A DNA stretch of 64,000 bases from Octopus vulgaris (Eukaryota). Made by a program: the position numbers and the translations under genes. Positions 1-11,810 of the stretch are shown piece by piece. The stretch's first letter is position 1. Each line of letters begins with the position of its first letter. The notes beneath the pieces were generated by a model. That model saw only the letters and a list, made by a program, of their open reading frames with translations, was not told the origin of the DNA and ran no database searches. The stretch covers positions 180,916,001-180,980,000 of the forward strand of contig OX597814.1 of assembly GCA_951406725.2 (NCBI GenBank), in the 5' to 3' direction.

Positions 1-380
1 TTGACATCCATGTCAAACACCCACTGTGGTCCTGAAGAATTCTCCAGTGTTGTTCAGAAGAACTGCACTGCTTGAGTTTTCACACATTGCTCAGATTACT
101 TTGATGAGGTTGCTGTCAAAGTTGTAATTCTTCATCACCTGCAACAACCCATCATACTAAATATGATCAAATGACTTTTTAAAGTCAAAGTTGTGACAGA
201 AGTCAGATTAGTGCTGCAGATGTTTTTCAGTGAGCAGTCTGCTGTTAAATATCTACTCCACAGTACTTTTTTTGGGGCCCGAATCCAGCCTGTTCTACAA
301 GGATTTCTTCTGCCTTCCTCTTAAGTCTGTTTAGCAGAACTCTTGACAATACTTAGATTGGGTGACTACTTAAGCTGGCT
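1..380 (-). mobile_element. Degenerate RTE LINE RT fragment (different family), truncated by the window edge
   Basis: Minus strand reads, with stops and frameshifts, EQAGFGP..STVE*IFNSRLLTEKHLQH..DFKKSFD..AMCENSSSAVLLNNTGEFFRTTVGV*HGC. Confidence 0.85.
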
Positions 381-605
381 TTCCTATATTTGAACAACAG
401 GAATATATTAAATTACATGTAATATGAATTCCTTACATAATGTAATAATGCCTACTTCTAGTGAGCATCGACCTAATGCTTGGTGGCAATTTGTGCCAAC
501 ACTAAATGAGGCTATATATGTGCTTTACTTGTTTTTGTATATATGAATGTGTTACATATGCTATGGTTAAGGTGGACAATTGCTGTGCTGCTGATGTCTT
601 ACAAG

Positions 606-657
606 GCAGAACATGTCTTGAGCTGTCCTTTGCAGAACATGTCTTGAGCTGTCCTTT
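606..657 (+). repeat. Perfect 26-bp tandem duplication
   Basis: GCAGAACATGTCTTGAGCTGTCCTTT occurs twice. Confidence 0.95.
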
Positions 658-869
658 TCACACAATCAGACTGTTATTTAAAAGCATATCAGTTTTGGAG
701 GATCTTAAGATTACCTCCCCTTCTCACTCAGAGTTGTTAACAATTGACACTAAATTATTAGTCAACCATCTCTGAAAACAGTGACAGTTGCAATAAATCA
801 AAAATTCACCTTGTATATTATTTAATATACAGTTTATTCATCTTCATTATATACAAACATGTATGTGTG

Positions 870-902
<33 letters not shown>

Positions 903-1559
903 TTATGTACATGCATGTGTGTGTGAATGTATATATGTTATGTCTCTATATGTTACAATGTGTGCATGTATGTATCTGTTATCTATGTATGGTAAGCTAC
1001 TACTACAATCAGTCACACCATCAATTATAGTTAGGTTATAACTGGTGACATTCATTGATTTTTCTTTTAATCATCCACTAATTCTGAACTTCCAAATTCC
1101 CCAGAAATAAAAATGAAAACTTCTTACTTACGAAGTAAGGGCTGATAGTAGGAAGAACCTCTGATTCTAAATACTCTCCCTCAATTTTTTCCTGTTTAAA
1201 TAAAAACAATATCTAAAATACATATAAACAAAAATATTGGTATGTATAAACACTCACACATATATAAAAAAAAGTGTGTATTAACAAAATATGTTTATAT
1301 TTAATTGTGTGTGTGTGCATGTAAATATATAGTGCTTGTGTATATAAACTGTTCTTTACGGATATGAAATATATACCTTAAATGTTCCACTTAAATTGTT
1401 GCAAGTCAACATCTTTGGCAAGATATGAGCAGACAGGATATTCCAAAAGGCTGATATGCTGAGGAGGGAGGACTGGGCAATTTTAGTATGTATATAAAAG
1501 GAGAAAGATGGAAATACAAGTGAGTTGGTGGTCACTGAGTGGTGGGGCTACAAAACAAG

Positions 1560-2185
1560 TTAGCACCAGGCTATAATAGTAATATGAGAAAAAAACAGAG
1601 AGGGGATAGAGCGGGTCTGCAGCTAGGAGTGTGCCCATTACTACTTGAATGCCAATTAATTAAGTAGTCCTTCTCTGGATGCAGTCCAGTATGTTTGTGC
1701 ATATAACACCAGCACCATCCCAAATGTGGATGCAAACTCCCTTTTGTGCCTCACTTGAACCTTCTAGTGTCAGCAGTTGTTGGGCGATGAAATATCTTAC
1801 TCTGAAGAGAGGGACGCAATTCTAGATATGTTAAGAGAGTGCTTTTACCAGGACAGTGATAATGGTAATGAAGTCCTGCAGTTTGAGGGCTGTAATTGAG
1901 TGCTGCACATTAACAGTGTCTTGGTGGAAATTTTGGTGAATCATGGAAATTTTGTTGATGTCTAGAGCAACAAAATTACTTTTGCCAAAACGTTGTTGAG
2001 ATAGGGTTTTCTTTTGAGTTTTTTGCTGTTTAAGGTCCCTGTTTATAGAATCAAAGCAGGTTTAGCATGGGATGTGTTGGTTGCATGTGAATGATGCATG
2101 GTTAACAAGGAATGAAGGGATGTCATCTGCACTGGAGTGAGATTTACTCAGTGTGGTTGGCAAATAGCTCATTGATGTATAGAAA
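1560..2185 (-). mobile_element. Degenerate CR1/Jockey-group LINE RT C-terminal fragment
   Basis: HSSADDI near 2125-2140 is a relic of HSYADD. Downstream relics read LFRVRYFIAQQLLTL and HIWDGAG..LDCIQRR. Confidence 0.65.
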
Positions 2186-2191
2186 GAAGAA

Positions 2192-2222
<31 letters not shown>

Positions 2223-2680
2223 ATGTATATATACACACACACGTGTGTGTTTGTGTGTACACACACAGTGAACTTCTTTCAGTTTCTTTCTCTCTATTTC
2301 CCTTGCAAGGAATTGGTTAACCTCCTGAGTTGCCTTGCAAAACCACACTCCTAATTACATGGCTATACCTGCACCTATATGTATGTATGTCGTTAAGAAA
2401 TTCACTTTATAATCACATGATTTCATATTCATCCCACTATACAATACCTTGGGAAAGTGTCTTCTACTATAGCCCTAAGCTAACCAAAGCTTTTGTGAGT
2501 GAATTTGATAAATGGAAACTAAAGACATCCACTACATTTGTGTGTGTTCTTGTCTTGATGTTGTGCAACAATTGTAAACAGAAGCACATCCCATTATAAC
2601 AAAGCACTAACAAATAATGGCTTTACCAATAAGTTAATGTTTATGGCAGATCCTCCACCACTGAACCCCAAGAGAATTAC

Positions 2681-2800
2681 AGAAAAGTAATCTGGTTTAA
2701 TCCACCATGCAGTCTATAAGTTTCCACTAAATAACTAGGAGCTACCTGGTGCTAATTAAAAAGCATTTCTCAAGAAGCAGTAGATATCATAAACTCTTTA
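2681..2800 (+). mobile_element. Penelope-like element ORF fragment
   Basis: RKVIWFNPPCS...LIKKHFSRSSRYHKLF resembles the WFNPP..KHFP..HKLFN block of Penelope-like proteins, recalled from memory. Confidence 0.65.
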
Positions 2801-3699
2801 AAGATTACTTTCAGCATTGTGACATCCACCCTATCCTCTAACATGTAACTATCAAAGTCCTACCAACTGCCTTTTGGGAAGATCATACCTCCTAAAGTCT
2901 GTGCTTGGATGGCATTCCGAGACACTACATATGAATGACTTTAAAGGAAAATACAATTCAGGTGTAGGAATAGGAGAAACTCCTCTTTGCTGTTACTCCC
3001 CATCATAGCATAAAGCATCTTTGATAGGGCTCCTTCCTTACTCACTAGGCACTCATAATTGCCAAGTCTTGCCTCCATTTGAAACTCCACTGGCCTACAG
3101 TGTTCATCAGTAAAAGAAAATAATTTATCTTATTGTTTCCACCACATGCCCTGTTAATGAACACTTTTGTGTTTGTCTTTCACTTAATGTTGTCGGTTTG
3201 TTTACATTCCTGTAACTAAGCAATTTGGCAAATGTGATTGGTAGAATAAATATCAGGCTTGAATATACTGAGTTCAATTTGATTGATTAAGCCTGCCAAG
3301 GCAGTGCCCCAGCATGGCTGCAGTCCATTGACAAAACAGTAAAATAGTGTACATATATAATGCATGTATATGTGTGTATTTATGTCTCTGTGTGTATATA
3401 TATATATTTTGCTTAGGCAGTGTGATACTAATAACCTAGTGTATAATTCAGTATACATATGCTTCTAAATAAAATATTTAGTCAAGTACAGAGCAGTAAT
3501 AAGAAAAATAGATGACATATGATAAACATTAGCTTCATTGGAGCTATAAGGTGTTACTCAAGTACTCAACTATGAGTCTACCTCATCCTATAGCAGAAAC
3601 CGCTGTAAGCTAATACAGCTTATAAGATTATCGTTTATTCCTCTGTCATATATTCTTCTTATATCTGTGTGTGCGTACATACTCATACACAAACACACA

Positions 3700-4280
3700 C
3701 TAGGAATGCTCAAGTAATTTGTGTTTAATGAGCAACAGAAAAAAATAAATAAATGCCAGTTAAATTTAATTGAATATTATTTATGAATAATATAATTATT
3801 ATGTAATTATTATCAATGACTCCAGTCTATCAGAATGGTAAATTTTTGGTTCTTCATTTAAAAATTTCCCGCCCTGAAGATCTTACCTTTGCAGAGGTCT
3901 CATGCTGAAGAATAACATCTTTTCTGCTAACCAAAGTTGGCCACTTTCACTATAAGGCTTCATTTACACAGTGAAGTTGCTAACAATATATGTCTGCAGT
4001 AATGGTCATTTCTTGTTTCAGTACCTCACAGTGGACTACACCATTCATGTTCTGCCAGATACATAGCTAGGACTTATGTGGATGAAGTCTGAATTTGGTC
4101 TTGGTACCAGTTTCTCATTTGTTAATACCCACTTTTTTTCTTGTTGACAAGCTGTATCCATTTTTTGTCAGCCTGTAACAATGTGGTGCAAAAATCAGTG
4201 ATCGTTATCCCTAGTAAAGTGACTACTGGAGAAGGTGATAGAACAATGAATTTGGTTCTCAAGTGAGAACTCATGAAGAA
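3700..4280 (-). mobile_element. Degenerate mariner transposase fragment
   Basis: Minus-strand relics LHHIVTG.DKKWI (canonical IVTGDEKW), LHPHK..CIW..NGVVHCEVL, TITADIYC*QL and WPTLVSRKDVILQH. Confidence 0.75.
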
Positions 4281-4822
4281 GACAAAACTAGTTTGCCTGT
4301 TTGTGTGTCTGCACCAATTCTCCTTTGACAAGGTTCTGATTCAACTGTTGTTTTCAAATGATCATAATCCAAAGACTTATTGGAGAGATCAAAATCACCT
4401 TGTAAAACCACAGCTGATTTACAAGCCTTCACTACATCAGGATAGACTCCACAATTGTTTTTATCCTTTAACCCTGCTGTTGGATAGAAGAGATGATAAA
4501 CTGGATCTAGATATTTTCTACAGTTTGAATGAAATCATTCCTTAGTTGGTAGATTATAATTCATAACAATGAAATACAAAATTACATTCCAAACACTTCA
4601 ATATATGTTGTGTGTGTATGTATATATGTGTATGTGTATATAAATATGTATGTTTATTTATATGTATACATTACTGGATAAAGTAAGTGAATTAAACATA
4701 TTTTTGTAAATGTGGCATGTAGAATATATTGAAATTTAAATAGGTTACTTGCTCTAAACAATGCAGTACTTCCTCCTCTGGCTTAAGGCCAATATCTTAG
4801 GTAAGACTGAAGAGATTAAAAT

Positions 4823-5005
<183 letters not shown>

Positions 5006-5225
5006 ATCATCATCATCATCATCGTTTAACGTCCGTTTTCCGCGCTAGCACGGGTTGGACGGTTTCGACCGGGGTCTGGGGAGCTAGGGACTGCCCCAGG
5101 CTCCAGTCTAGTCTGGCAGTGTTTCTACAGCTGGATGCCCTTCCTAACGCCAACCACTCCGCGAGTGTAGTGGGTGTTTTTTACGTGCCACCTGCACAGG
5201 TGCCAGAGGGGTCTGGCATCGGCCA
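5006..5225 (-). mobile_element. RTE 3'-end copy with (CAT)n tail
   Basis: Reverse complement aligns closely with 37135-37350. Confidence 0.92.
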
Positions 5226-5354
5226 CATGCATATATATAGAGACACACACACACACATAAACATGCACACATATATACATATATACACGCACATATACAT
5301 TCATACATATATATATAGGGCAGGTAAATATATGTATACATATATATACGCACA

Positions 5355-5545
5355 GATTCACCATGATAGATCGCTAGCCACTACACATTCTTTATTTTCT
5401 CTCCTTCTTTCTTCCTGTGTTCCTTTCTGTGGAAGAGCATAGGCTCGAAATGTTAAAGACTTTTTCACTTCCTGAGCGTTAAACTAATACATCTGTTTGT
5501 TGTCTACACCATCTGTCTTCGTCTTTTGTTTTTTTGTGAATTCCA
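5355..5545 (+). mobile_element. Probable Penelope-type terminal fragment with hammerhead-like motif
   Basis: CTTT-CTGTGGA-A-GAGC-ATAG-GCTC-GAAA-TGTT-AAAG at 5423-5458, embedded between TA/CA microsatellites. Confidence 0.55.
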
Positions 5546-5912
5546 TATATATTCGCACATCCACACACACACATATATAATGGATGATACTTTGTTTTTA
5601 TTTTATCTCATAAAATGTTTAAAACATTTAGAATGTTAAGAAGTGTAATTTTAATTTATTTTAAATGAGGAATTCTCTTGTAATGTTTAAATCAAAATAA
5701 CTGCAACTTTGGTAGGTAGATTGTATGTGTGCCCCTATTGGATATAGCTTCAAAGGAAAAGAAATTCAGTTTATGTGGATATTAACTATCAAATTGCTAT
5801 TCTTTGCACAACATATTCTGAAATTCACAACTTTATGGGGATGAAAATCTTTATTTTGCTGCTTGCCATATATATGTCACACACGTGCACGTTCATTTAA
5901 TATATATATATA

Positions 5913-6330
5913 TCAAAATCGCTGACATGGCCGATGACAGTACCACCTGATTGGCACTCGTGCCAGTTTAACATTAGAAGCACATCCGAGCGTCATCATT
6001 GTCAGAGTCGCCCTACTGGTACATGTGCCAGTGACATGTGAAAAACAACATTCAAGTATAGTCGTTGCCAGTGCCACCGGACTGGCTCCCATGCAGGTAT
6101 CATGTAAAAAACACCTTTTGAGCATGTTTGTTGCCAGAACTGCCTGACTGGCCTTCGTGCTGGTGTCACATAAAAGCACCCACTACACTCTCAGAGTGGT
6201 TGGCATTAGGAAGGACATCCAGCTGTAGAAACTTTGCCAGATCAAATTGAGCCTGGTGCAACCTCTGACTCACCAGTCCTCAGTCAAACCATCCAACCCA
6301 TGCCAGCATGGAAAACGGATGTTAAACGAT
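5913..6330 (+). mobile_element. RTE 3'UTR copy with about four ~65-bp subrepeats
   Basis: Ends CATCCAACCCATGCCAGCATGGAAAACGGATGTTAAACGAT. GTGCC..ACATAAAAGCAC-like units recur at about 5961, 6026, 6092 and 6157. Confidence 0.85.
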
Positions 6331-6425
6331 CATTATCATCTTCATTTAACATCCATTTTCCATGCTGGTTTGACTGAAAAGTGGTAAGCTGCACCAGGTT
6401 CCAATCTGATTTGACATGGTTTCTT
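6331..6425 (-). mobile_element. RTE 3'-end copy, tail-to-tail with the previous one
   Basis: CATTTAACATCCATTTTCCATGCTGG..GCACCAGGTTCCAATCTGATTTG is the reverse complement of the RTE tail. Confidence 0.75.
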
Positions 6426-6968
6426 CTGAACACCGATGTGTGTGTGTACATATGACTGAGTGGTTAAATTATCTTTTTAGTCATGGTTTTGGTCTGATCC
6501 CACTATGAAGTATATTAGGCAGGAATCTTTTACTAGTGCCTTGGGCCAACTCCAGCCATGTGTATGAAACTAAGCTGGAAGAAGTCTATTAGATGGATGC
6601 TACCTATAATTCAAAGGGCAGGGCCAGGTTTGTCAAAGCCTAGACGTGCCCTATATTCATGTTTATACATGTCTATGTGTCTTTGCATGTATGAGTTGTA
6701 GGTATATATATATACACACACATAGCTATAATAAACATATTTATATACAAAATAATATGAGTTGTAAAATGTGTTGTAATATATTTTACATACTGCAAAC
6801 ATTATCTGACATAGAACTCAATAAATTGCATTAAGTGTATCAAAAGTTGATAGCCTACCCTGAGTTTCATATCAAGCTGTGCTATTCACAACTGCTGTGT
6901 ACAAACTAGCATGGAATGCATCTCTGAGATATATACTCTTGTGTGTGTGTGTGTGTGTATGTGTGTGT

Positions 6969-7225
6969 ATCATCATCATCGTTTAACATCCATTTTCCAT
7001 GCTGGCATGGGTTGGACAGTTTGACTGAGGACTGGAAAGCCAGTGGCTACACCAGGCTCCAATCTGATCAGGCAATGTTTCTATAGCTCAATGCCCTTCC
7101 TAATGCCAACCAATCCAAGAGTGTAGTGGGTGCTTTTTGTGCCACTAGCACAGGAGCCAGTCAGGCAGGCCTGGCATTGATCACGTTCGGATAGTACTTT
7201 TTATGTGCCACTGGCACGGGAACCA
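6969..7225 (-). mobile_element. RTE 3'-end copy
   Basis: (CAT)n followed by GTTTAACATCCATTTTCCATGCTGGCATGGGTTGGAC..GCCCTTCCTAATGCCAACC. Confidence 0.9.
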
Positions 7226-7259
7226 CTGCATAGCTTATATATATATATATACATATATA

Positions 7260-7459
7260 CAGGGTGTCCCAGAAGTCGCGCACCACCCTGGTTTTTTAAA
7301 AGAATACACCCTTATTGATTTCGAAAACACTTTATTGAAATAACAAATGCTCAAATTGAGCACCCTCTACAATAAAACATGCAGAAAAAAATATAAAGTA
7401 AAATACTTTAATTATTTTAAATGGAAACCAGAATGGTGCGCGACTTCTGGGACTCCCTG
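7260..7459. mobile_element. 200-bp Tc1/mariner-type MITE
   Basis: 26-bp TIRs CAGGGTGTCCCAGAAGTCGCGCACCA and TGGTGCGCGACTTCTGGGACTCCCTG (1 mismatch), flanked by TA. Confidence 0.93.
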
Positions 7460-7474
7460 TATATGTATATATAT

Positions 7475-7625
7475 GGTTGACGTTAGGAAGGGCATCCAGC
7501 CGTAGAAACACTGCCAGATCTGACTGGGCCTGATGCAGCCTTCCGGCTTCACAGACCCCCAGTTGAACCGTCCAACCCATGCTAGCATGGGAAACGGACG
7601 CTAAATGATGATGATGATGATGATA
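7475..7625 (+). mobile_element. RTE 3'-end copy with (ATG)n tail
   Basis: CGTTAGGAAGGGCATCCAGCCGTAGAAAC is identical to 37211-37239. Confidence 0.92.
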
Positions 7626-8229
7626 ATAAGAATGGAGACCAGATTTTATGTTAATTTGATACATTGTTATTCATACATATTTCTTTAATGAAAATTTCTA
7701 TTATGCAAAAAGCTACATCACCAAATTATTAGAGATTGCGAAACTCTTCATAAGTAAATCCTGTGGAAAGCAAGATTCTGTCAGAGTGCTATTAGATTGC
7801 TGTAATCATTTCTTTTACAATTTCTGATGATTTAATGATGGTATCTGATTGTGAGGTAATTCATTATACAAAAAAAATTTTCATTAATGAAATACAAATA
7901 ATAATACAAGAACATACAATCTTCTATTTATTCTCGTTTTACTTTATGTACACTGTACACAAAGTATTGAGGATATTATTAAAATTAATGATTACATTCT
8001 TTTTATGAATGTAGTTTAATCAAATGACTTTATAATCAAACGCAAGGACATCTAAATATTGGGTGTGTTATACATAACACAAATATAATACATCATCATC
8101 ATTTACATCTAAATATATATTGCAAACACATACACACACACACATACAACTTGTATGCGTGTGCTCTCACACACACACACACACACACACATACATACAT
8201 CTTACTGAACATCCTGCATATATGACTTG

Positions 8230-8458
8230 TTTGTAGTGATCAAATGTTTGTGCTGTACATTAGCTCACTTTCTCCATCAAATCGACACTACTTGTACAAA
8301 TATATGGTGTACCACATGTCAGATGGATAAGTGATTTGCAGAGCAATGTGAAATGAAGTGTTTTGCTCAAGAATGCAACACATCGCATGATCTGAGAATC
8401 AAAACCACTGTCTTGTGGTTGTGAGTGCAACACCTCAACCACTAGGCCTTGTGCCCTC
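8230..8458 (-). mobile_element. tRNA-derived SINE with CORE-like domain (decayed)
   Basis: Minus strand has A-box-like GGCCTAGTGG, B-box-like GGTTTTGATTC, then TTCTTGAGCAAAACACTTCA, which resembles the CORE motif TCCTTGGGCAAGNCACTT. Confidence 0.6.
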
Positions 8459-8654
8459 ACTACACACACAGAAGATGGGCTTCCTTCAGTTTCCATCCAC
8501 CAAATCCTTTCAGTTGGTCTGGGGTTATAGTAGAAAGACCTGCTCAAGATATCATGCAGTAGTACTGAATCTGAAACCAGGTGTTTTGGAAATGAACTTC
8601 TTGACCATATATCCAAAATATAAGAACCATATATGTATGTATGTATGTCAGTAT

Positions 8655-8989
8655 TCAGTTTATTTCAAGATTCCTTGCCAATAGAGAATGAACCAGTTTC
8701 TAACCTAGATCCATAGGATCATTGGAATTTCAACATGTATGTTTTATGTTTGTATTCTCATGTATCATCATCATCATTTAACGTCCGTTCTCCATGCTAG
8801 CATGGGTTGCATATCTAGACATGCTCATATATATTTAAATTATAAACTTCTGGAAAGTTTTACTGCTTTTTACAGTTCTAGTGATGGATTGGATCTGTAG
8901 TCTTTGAATTAGCTTTCTCCTTTCTGGTTTTGAGAGGCCTAATTTCTCAAGATTGGTATTTAGGCAATGTGTTTCATATCCCAAGGCCC
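8655..8989 (-). mobile_element. 3' end of an R4/Dong-like non-LTR element, with a short RTE tail inserted at about 8765-8808
   Basis: Minus strand 8989-8835 reads ALGYETHCLNTNLEKLGLSKPERRKLIQRLQIQSITRTVK..KTFQKFII*, similar to the GALG..LEKLG..LQ..GT C-terminus of R4-clade proteins. Confidence 0.55.
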
Positions 8990-9809
8990 TAATACTTATA
9001 GGCATATGTATGTATATATGTGTGCTTGTACGTGTGTGTGTATATATATGTTAACCTTCTATGTTTCGTACTTTATATACATGTACACACACACACACAC
9101 AACTGATAGGCAAAATGCTACAATTTTTATCTGAGATAAAATTGTTTAGAGACATGCTATGTTGAAAACAATACATACTGAAGGAAGGCAAAAATTCATC
9201 CCAGTAGCAGTTAACAAGAACATCGATACATTTCAGCCTTCGTGGGACTTGTGAATGACATGTACTCATTGCCACATGCCTAGATGAGATTTGTCACCTC
9301 CAATATATGGGAAACACTGAATAATACATTCACTGATACTGCAAATAACCACCAAGCTGAATAAAACTTGGTGAATGCAGTATCATACTTAAAGTATAAA
9401 CTCTGCTGACAAGCATGACCCTGCAGTCTTTGTCCAAGATAAACTCTTGTAGATGTACTTTGTTATTATAAGACTCGTGCATCATTGATCATTCCTCCCA
9501 TAACTTATCCACCATTCACTTCATGTACCCTTCAACCCTATCCAATCTTTATAGTTGTTGCCTACCTCCCCCTCCTCTTAACCATTCCCCATCTTTTGAT
9601 CCCCTACCCACACTCCTAGTTGCTCTGTTTTCATTCACTTCTTCTCACCTCGTAACTTGTAGGACTACTCAGACACCTCATCACTATTTTGTCTGTTTGC
9701 AGTTTCAAAGGATCATTCACGTTCTGCAAGGAATCTGCTCTTCTCTTTTCACTCATACTTTAACCCCTCATCTCCTAGCATAAAGCTCCGAATTCTTCTT
9801 GCCATTTAG

Positions 9810-10002
9810 CATGGTAACCTAATTAGTGCTGGTTGCACAAAAATAGCACCCCGTACACACTATAAAGTGTTCAGCATTAGGAAGGGAATCCAGCTGTAGA
9901 AACCATGCCAAAGTAGACAGTGGCACATGATGCAATTGTGAACCAATCAGATCCTGTCAACTTCCCAACCCATGCCGGCATGAAATATGGATGTTAAATG
10001 AT
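9810..10002 (+). mobile_element. Old RTE 3'-end copy
   Basis: GCATTAGGAAGGGAATCCAGCTGTAGAAACC..CCAACCCATGCCGGCATG..GGATGTTAAATGATG. Confidence 0.85.
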
Positions 10003-10162
10003 GGTATGTGTGTATGTATGTGCATTTATATATGCATTTGTATGTATTTGCATATATGTAATTACATCTCTATATGCATGTAAATATGTGCATTGTGTGT
10101 TTGTGTCTGTATGTGTGTATATATTATATGAGTGTTGTAGTTTGCTTGAAGCATTGTAGTAC

Positions 10163-10448
10163 TGAAGAAGGGAAACAAAAGGAGAAAGTATGAAAGCTTC
10201 AGACAATGTTGAATCTTTTACAAAATCCTTTATATTTCAAGTGCAAAGGTCCATCCTCAGAAGGAAACAATCTGGAAACTGTCCAGTTACACAGGTTCTG
10301 TTACTCCTCGGCATTATGTGTAACTGGACAATTTCCCAGACTGTTTCCTTCTGAGGATGGGCTTTTGCATCTGAAATATAAAGGTTTTTGTAAAACTTTC
10401 TGCATTGTCAGAAGCTTTCTTATTTTCCCCTTTTCTTTGCCTTCTTCA
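10163..10448. repeat. Imperfect fold-back (arms ~130 bp) with a degenerate hammerhead motif in each arm
   Basis: 10163-10293 is the reverse complement of 10317-10448, with a 23-bp spacer. The right arm has CCTT-CTGAGGA-T-GGGC..ATCT-GAAA-TATA-AAGG. Confidence 0.85.
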
Positions 10449-11404
10449 CACACGCACACACGTTAATGCTTGTTTATATGTTCACTTATAATAAAAACAA
10501 TTTTACATTAATCTGATGGGTTCTCTATACGTCTGTATATATACATACACACATTTTACAAGCATCACTGAATTGTCACCTGGCATAAAGTATAACCTGT
10601 TTTCATGGTTGAGTTATTGGCAACTGAGGAATATTTGCTGGAAACCCAACATTAGAAATATAGATCTGTCAAAAGGTAGAGGAACTCAGCACATGGCCAA
10701 CAACTTTGTAGAAAGAAAGTGTTGCTATAAATGAGATATAAATGAGATGCTGAATGAGCACACTCTAAAACCAATTGAGAATCATGGAACTTGAGTTTTA
10801 CTCAGAACATTCATGTAGGAGATGGTATTTAACCCCACCACCACCACTGTCTTGTAGCCGGCCTTAGTTGGTGAATACAAGAAAAAAGACTTTAATAATG
10901 CCTTCTGTTGATACTCCCACCAGTCATCTTAATGTTTTCTTATCACTGGAACATGGTAGATGATACTTAGAGAGTTGTGTTCATGTTGTTTCAGTATCTG
11001 TCACTGTATTCTTTACAAAGTACAAGTATTTTTGAATAGCATAGTACATTACACCACTTGTAACTAGACTATTTAAAAGTAAGTATTTTGTAAAGAATAG
11101 AACAGAATAGCCAGTTTTATCTGTTTTAGGTGACAGGTGCATTTTCAGATTTGACTAGTTAGAAGCTTGTTGTCACAAGCCTGCACATTTGGCAGGAAGA
11201 GATTTATCTTTGCTTCTTTTTCTTCACCCTTGGTAGTTAGAAGAATTGGGTGGGATCCCTTGTGACTGAGCAATCTTATTTAAAGAGGATGCTGCTCACC
11301 CACTTGCTAAGGGTTGACTAGTAAAGGTGCAACTGACAGCTGTTCATCTCAGCAGGAACAACAAATGTAAATGTAAAATGTTAAAATATAAACGTATAAA
11401 TAGA

Positions 11405-11810
11405 CATAGGTGTGGCTGTGTGGTAAGTAGCTTGCTTACCAACCACATGGTTGGTAAGCCATGTAGAAGACACTTGCCCAAGGTGCCACTGCATGGCACC
11501 TTGGACAAGTGTCTTCTACTATAGCCTCAAGCTGACCTTGAGTGGATTTGTAGACAGAAATTGAAAGAAGCCCGTCATGTGTGTGTGTGTGTGTGTGTGT
11601 TGTTGTTGTTTCCCCCACCACCACCATCGCTTGACAACTGATGCTGGTGTGCTTATGTCCCCGTAACTTAGCAGTTCAACAAAAAGAGACCAATCGAATA
11701 AGTACTAGGCTTACAAAGAATAAGTTCTGGGGTTGATTTGTTCAACTAAAGGTGGGGCTCCAGCATGGCTGCAGTCAGATGACTGAAACAAATAAAAGAA
11801 TAAAAGAATA
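11405..11810 (+). mobile_element. tRNA-derived SINE (family with internal (GT)n and a TAAAAGA tail), with rearranged head
   Basis: A-box TGGCTGTGTGG, then GCACCTTGGACAAGTGTCTTCTACTATAGCC and a 3' part ending GACTGAAACAAATAAAAGAATAAAAGA. Homologous to 24804-25146. Confidence 0.9.
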
